From Bacteroidota bacterium (GTDB taxonomy: Bacteria > Bacteroidota > Bacteroidia > Chitinophagales > Chitinophagaceae): a stretch of 64,000 nucleotides of DNA. Positions within the stretch are counted from its first letter, which is position 1. Every line of letters begins with the position of its first letter. Shown in pieces: positions 59,593-64,000 of the stretch. Position numbers and translations under genes: made by a program. Under the pieces are notes generated by a model that did not search any database, had not been told where the DNA came from, and saw only the letters and a program-made list of their open reading frames with translations. The DNA lies in the NCBI GenBank assembly GCA_947452555.1, contig CANGDH010000004.1, positions 53,553 through 117,552 on the forward strand. Reading direction: 5' to 3'.

Positions 59593-61104
59593 ATGAAAAA
59601 ATTAGTATTTCTATTTTTGAGTTTTACAAGTATGACCACTTTTGCACAAAAAGCAGAGGGGTTAAAAAAATTCGGAACCATTATTACGCAACAAGGTTTG
59701 AAAGAAAAACTTTCAATTATTGCGAGTGCTGAAATGGAAGGTCGTGAGACAGCTAGCCCAGGTCAAAAACGCGCTGCTGCTTATATTGAGTCTCAATTTA
59801 AAAGAATGGGATTATTGCCAGGCAATGGGGATAGCTATCAACAAGTATACCCTGTGTACAAAGATGTATTAACTGAAAAAAGCTTAACAGTAAATGGTCG
59901 TTCATTTGAGTGGGACAAAGATTATTCTTTCTCCTTACAAACTATCACTAGTGGAAACTATACGAATGTAGTTTATGCTGGATATGGTATAGTAGATACT
60001 GCTAATGGAATCAATGATTATGAGAACTTAGATGTACAAGGTAAATTAGTGTTAGTATCTGAAGGTTCTACTTCTAGTATTAATTGGATTGCAGGTGATA
60101 ACAGAGCATTCAATGCAAACCCTGCATCACCATTTGCGAAAATGAGAAATGCGTTAGCCAAAGGTGCTGCAGGTTTATTTATCATAAGCTCAGATTTTCC
60201 CAAGAAAACAGCTACTCCAACTACAGGAAATATTTATACCAAAGCCAATACTGCAAAAGGTTTTGCAATGATCAATATTTCAAAAGAGGTAGGTACTGCG
60301 ATCTTGGGTACAACTAATTATACCAAAGGTAGCTTTGCTACACAAGTAAATTTAGTAGCAACAAAAACTACAGAAAATTTAGAAAGTTCTAATGTAGTGG
60401 GTATAATTCCTGGTACTGATAAAAAAGATGAATACTTGGTTTTATCTGCACACTATGATCACTTAGGAAAAAAAGGAGACATTATTTGGTATGGTGCCGA
60501 TGACGATGGCTCTGGAACCGTAAGTGTAATGCAAATGGCAGAAGCATTCGCAGCTGCTGCTAAAAAAGGTCAAAGCCCTAGAAGAAATATTGTTTTCATC
60601 ATAGTGAGTGGAGAAGAAAAAGGACTTTTAGGTTCTGATTATTATTCTGAACACCCTATTTTCCCATTAGATAAAACTACTGCCGATTTAAATACCGACA
60701 TGGTTGGTCGCGTAGACACAGAGCGTCTTACTGCTGACTCTTTAAATTATTTATATGTAATTGGTCATGATAAATTAAGCACTGATTTGCCAATTATTAA
60801 CGAAGCTGCAAATAATCAATCAAGTAAATTAGTATTAGATTATAAATTTGATGACCCAGCAGACAAACAAAGAATTTATTATCGCAGCGATCATTATAAT
60901 TTTGCAAAGAAAGGTGTTCCTGTTTTATTCTTTTATGATGGTATGTTATTAGCAGACTATCACAAGCCAACAGACACCATTGAGAAAATCAATTTTGATT
61001 TAATGCAAAGAAGAGTGTTAATGATTTATTACACTGCTGCAGAGATAGCCAACAGAGATGAAATGTTGAAGCGCGATTTGAAATTGAATATGCCCGGAAG
61101 ATAA
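59593..61104 (+). CDS. M28 family peptidase with PA domain (exported)
   Basis: SAHYDHLG, GADDDGSG, GEEKGLLGS, N.DMVG, RSDH, YHKPTD. Confidence 0.92.
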   Translation: MKKLVFLFLSFTSMTTFAQKAEGLKKFGTIITQQGLKEKLSIIASAEMEGRETASPGQKRAAAYIESQFKRMGLLPGNGDSYQQVYPVYKDVLTEKSLTVNGRSFEWDKDYSFSLQTITSGNYTNVVYAGYGIVDTANGINDYENLDVQGKLVLVSEGSTSSINWIAGDNRAFNANPASPFAKMRNALAKGAAGLFIISSDFPKKTATPTTGNIYTKANTAKGFAMINISKEVGTAILGTTNYTKGSFATQVNLVATKTTENLESSNVVGIIPGTDKKDEYLVLSAHYDHLGKKGDIIWYGADDDGSGTVSVMQMAEAFAAAAKKGQSPRRNIVFIIVSGEEKGLLGSDYYSEHPIFPLDKTTADLNTDMVGRVDTERLTADSLNYLYVIGHDKLSTDLPIINEAANNQSSKLVLDYKFDDPADKQRIYYRSDHYNFAKKGVPVLFFYDGMLLADYHKPTDTIEKINFDLMQRRVLMIYYTAAEIANRDEMLKRDLKLNMPGR

Positions 61105-61125
61105 TTCCAATCTATTAATATATTT

Positions 61126-61154
61126 AAATGCCTCAGTTTACTGGGGCATTTTTT
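61126..61154 (+). terminator. Intrinsic terminator after M28 peptidase
   Basis: AAATGCCTCAG-TTTA-CTGGGGCATTT-TTT. Confidence 0.8.
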
Positions 61155-61415
61155 ATTAAAATCATTGTAAAATCAGTGTCATATCATTCCTAGGCTCTCG
61201 TGTCGCATGCACTGTACTTTTACTCAATTTGAAGATTATTATTCTCATTATAATTATCAGTTATGTTTGCTCAACTTCTTGTCTTACTAGTTACGCTTTG
61301 CTCCAAAGTTCGCTACGGAATAATATGACCCTTTCTTTCACTTGTATTCAATAACATGTATTCCCAGTTTTTTTAGCAGATAGCTAACAAAATATTTTGA
61401 TACAGCTATTGGCAT

Positions 61416-61447
61416 AAAAAATCCCGAAGCGTTGCTGCTCCGGGATT
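61416..61447 (-). terminator. Intrinsic terminator after DHS-like gene
   Basis: Minus strand AATCCCGGAGC-AGCAAC-GCTTCGGGATT-TTTT. Confidence 0.8.
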
Positions 61448-61468
61448 CAAGTATAATTTTATCAAAGA

Positions 61469-62443
61469 CTATTGTCCAAGTATATAAGCGAAGATCAATG
61501 GCACTACAATGGTAGCATCACTTTCCACGATAAACTTAGGCGTATGAATATCTAATTTACCCCAAGTAATTTTTTCGTTTGGAACTGCCCCAGAATAAGA
61601 ACCATAAGAAGTAGTACTATCACTAACTTGACAGAAATAGCTCCAGAATGGAACATCATGCCATTCTAGATCTTGATACATCATAGGTACAACACAAATA
61701 GGGAAATCACCTGCAATACCTCCACCTACTTGGAAGAACCCAACACCTTTACCACCACTATTAGCTCTGTACCATTCTGTTAAATAAACCATGTACTCAA
61801 TACCGTTTTTAACAGTCGATGCTTTCAATTCATTTTTGATTACATAACTCGCGAAAATATTTCCAGTGGTGCTATCCTCCCAACCTGGAACTACAATAGG
61901 AATATTCTTTTTAGCCGCTGCAACAATCCAGCTATCCTTAGGGTCAATCTCATAGTATTGTTCTAACTCGCCACTTAAAATAACTTGGTACATAAATTCA
62001 TGTGGAAAATAACGCTCGCCTTTCGCTTCTGCTTCTTTCCAGAACTTCACGATATGCTTTTGTAATCTTCTAAATGCTTCTTCTTCTGGGATGCATGTAT
62101 CTGTTACGCGATTGTAATGGTTCTCTAATAAATCCCACTCGTCTTGTGGTGTTAAATCACGATAATTAGGCACGCGCTTATAATGACTATGTGCTACTAA
62201 GTTCATAACGTCTTCCTCCAAGTTAGCACCGGTACAGCTAATAATGGCAATTTTGTCTTGACGGATCATTTCCGCCAAACTAATACCTAATTCAGCAGTA
62301 CTCATAGCACCTGCTAAACTCACTAACATTTTACCACCCTCTAATAAATGGGTTTCATATCCTTTTGCGGCGTCTACCAAAGCGGCAGCATTGAAATGTC
62401 TATACTGATGCTCTATAAATTGAGAAATAGGTCCTTTGCTCAT
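61469..62443 (-). CDS. Deoxyhypusine synthase-like protein (bacterial, SpeY/homospermidine-related)
   Basis: LAGAM, TGANLEED, NRVTD, GGG, GSYSGA.PNEKITWGK (catalytic Lys); start moved to MSKGP. Confidence 0.9.
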   Translation of the reverse strand: MSKGPISQFIEHQYRHFNAAALVDAAKGYETHLLEGGKMLVSLAGAMSTAELGISLAEMIRQDKIAIISCTGANLEEDVMNLVAHSHYKRVPNYRDLTPQDEWDLLENHYNRVTDTCIPEEEAFRRLQKHIVKFWKEAEAKGERYFPHEFMYQVILSGELEQYYEIDPKDSWIVAAAKKNIPIVVPGWEDSTTGNIFASYVIKNELKASTVKNGIEYMVYLTEWYRANSGGKGVGFFQVGGGIAGDFPICVVPMMYQDLEWHDVPFWSYFCQVSDSTTSYGSYSGAVPNEKITWGKLDIHTPKFIVESDATIVVPLIFAYILGQ

Positions 62444-62534
62444 TTTTTCTGATTTGAAGCAAAAGTAATTTTTTTTGGGCATAAATAGTAACTTGTGGTA
62501 CAATACGGCTAACCCTTTTTAAACACAGAATTTT

Positions 62535-63200
62535 ATGAAAAAAACAACCCCTAACCTATTGATAGCCCTTGTTTTATTAGCTATCCCCTTTGCCTATGCA
62601 GCCTATGTTTACCCCAGTTTACCTGAAACAATAGCCATTCATTTTAATATAAAGGGAGAGGCTGACGGTTTTGGCGGGAAAGACAGTATTTTCTTAGTAC
62701 CCGGGATTATGGGAGTGACAGGATTGTTTACGTTCTTACTGCTTTCCAATATTAAAAATTTTGACCCAAAAAGATACCAAGCTGCAGATGATGGAATGTT
62801 TAAAAAACTTGCTTTAGGATTGGTTGCATTTTTAAGCTTACTTGCTTTAATTATTACTTTCTCTGCTACCAATCATACCATCAATATTACTAAATTATTG
62901 TTACCCTTTATAGGATTAAGTTTTTCTGCAATTGGATGGTATATGCCTAAAATTCATCAAAACTATTTTGCGGGATTTAAATTGCCTTGGACGTTGGAGA
63001 ATGTAGACAATTGGAATGAAACACATAAAATGGCTGGAACGGTTTGGCTATTTGGTGGCTGGTTTCAAATTGTCGCCGCAATCACATTATCTAGTAAGGC
63101 GGGGTTCATATGCTTTATGATAGCTACTGCCATCATGGTTATTGTCCCAACCGTTTTCTCTTACCGTATGTTCAAAAATGGCAATCAAGTCAAATCTTAA
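62535..63200 (+). CDS. SdpI/DUF1648 family membrane protein
   Basis: LPE.IAIHFN..GEADG (DUF1648) and N.FAG.KLPWTL....W.ETH (SdpI). Confidence 0.85.
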   Translation: MKKTTPNLLIALVLLAIPFAYAAYVYPSLPETIAIHFNIKGEADGFGGKDSIFLVPGIMGVTGLFTFLLLSNIKNFDPKRYQAADDGMFKKLALGLVAFLSLLALIITFSATNHTINITKLLLPFIGLSFSAIGWYMPKIHQNYFAGFKLPWTLENVDNWNETHKMAGTVWLFGGWFQIVAAITLSSKAGFICFMIATAIMVIVPTVFSYRMFKNGNQVKS

Positions 63201-63229
63201 TAATTAAGTAAAATAATAATAGATAAATT

Positions 63230-64000
63230 ATGAGCCATAAAAATAACCTAGGAACAAAATATATTCATGCAGGTGCACATCCTGATCCAACAACAGGAGC
63301 TATCATGACTCCAATTTATCAAACTTCTACCTACGTTCAATCTGCACCAGGTGTGCACAAAGGATTTGAATATGCAAGAAGTCAAAACCCCACAAGATTC
63401 GCGCTGGAAGAGGCTTTTGCGGTAATTGAAAACGGAAAATTTGGACTGGCATTCGCAAGTGGAGTAGCTGCAACCGATGCTGTATTAAGATTACTAGTGC
63501 CGGGTGACGAAGTAGTGGCTGCCAATGATATGTATGGAGGTTCCTACAGATTGTTCTCTAAAGTACACGAGAAAATGGGCATCAAATTTGTGTATGTAGA
63601 TACTTCTAATGCAGAAAATGTAGCCAATGCCATCACTCCTGCAACCAAATTAATATGGATTGAAACACCCACAAATCCATTAATGAATATTACAGACATA
63701 GCGGCCGTTGCTGCTATTGGTAAAAAACATAAATGTATTGTATGCGTAGACAATACATTTGCTTCTCCTTATTTACAAAACCCATTGGACGACGGCGCTA
63801 CTATTGTGATGCATTCAGCTACAAAGTATCTAGGGGGCCATAGCGATGTGATACAAGGTTGTTTAATGATGAACGACGAAACCTTAAGAGATCAATTATA
63901 TTTTATACAAAAGAGCACTGGTGCGGTTCCCGGCCCACAGGATTGTTTCTTAGTATTACGAGGTATTAAAACCTTACATGTAAGAATGCAAAGACATTGT
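63230..64000 (+). CDS. Cystathionine gamma-synthase/lyase family PLP enzyme (partial, 3' truncated)
   Basis: ATG 63230; PIYQTSTY, YARSQNPTR, FASG, YGGSYR, ETPTNP, VDNTFASP, HSATKYLGGHSD. Not in ORF track. Confidence 0.93.
   Translation, partial: MSHKNNLGTKYIHAGAHPDPTTGAIMTPIYQTSTYVQSAPGVHKGFEYARSQNPTRFALEEAFAVIENGKFGLAFASGVAATDAVLRLLVPGDEVVAANDMYGGSYRLFSKVHEKMGIKFVYVDTSNAENVANAITPATKLIWIETPTNPLMNITDIAAVAAIGKKHKCIVCVDNTFASPYLQNPLDDGATIVMHSATKYLGGHSDVIQGCLMMNDETLRDQLYFIQKSTGAVPGPQDCFLVLRGIKTLHVRMQRHC

Noticed and set aside
2239-63753. About 40 short ORFs in the track lying antisense to or out of frame within recognised genes (e.g. 8708-9067, 45324-45761, 50483-50761, 51814-52218)
   Set aside because: They are shadows of well-supported genes on the other strand or frame and show no recognisable motifs.
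1-64000. CRISPR arrays, IS elements, prophage, tRNA/rRNA or defence islands
   Set aside because: No spaced direct repeats, transposase/integrase/phage proteins or RNA-gene-sized gaps with matching structure were seen; the SNF2 and UvrD-nuclease genes sit among housekeeping genes.

Overview
AT-rich, gene-dense chromosomal core region of a Bacteroidota genome. The protein families, TAnnTTTG -7 promoters, absence of Shine-Dalgarno sites, mqnC and split metH suggest a streamlined Chitinophagaceae (Sediminibacterium-like) organism; this assignment is inference. I saw no mobile element, prophage, CRISPR array, rRNA or tRNA. Content: lpxL-like acyltransferase, long-form ispG, an 8-gene arginine operon (GNAT argA', argG, argC, argD, argF', argB, argE, argH), SWIM-SNF2 ATPase, gcvT/gcvH, PadR-PspC, an M16 peptidase pair, mqnC, an ECF sigma/anti-sigma cassette with two paralogous beta-barrels, serS, kup, a UvrD-nuclease fusion, recR, split metH, xth, HU, meaB, coaX, lptC, tatC, rpiB and a DHS-like enzyme. 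The most notable signal is in the arg operon leader. It holds an unannotated 39-codon uORF ending in an Arg cluster (AGG, AGA, CGA-CGT), embedded in GC-enriched, mutually exclusive RNA helices that end at a U7 tract, and no argR gene lies beside the operon. This is a candidate arginine-responsive ribosome-mediated attenuator. Also notable: a class D beta-lactamase-fold lipoprotein lacking its catalytic motifs, a SAM-II-type pseudoknot with a long competing hairpin ahead of metH, and a ribosomal protein bTHX gene missed by the ORF track. All RNA structures were paired by eye, not computed.
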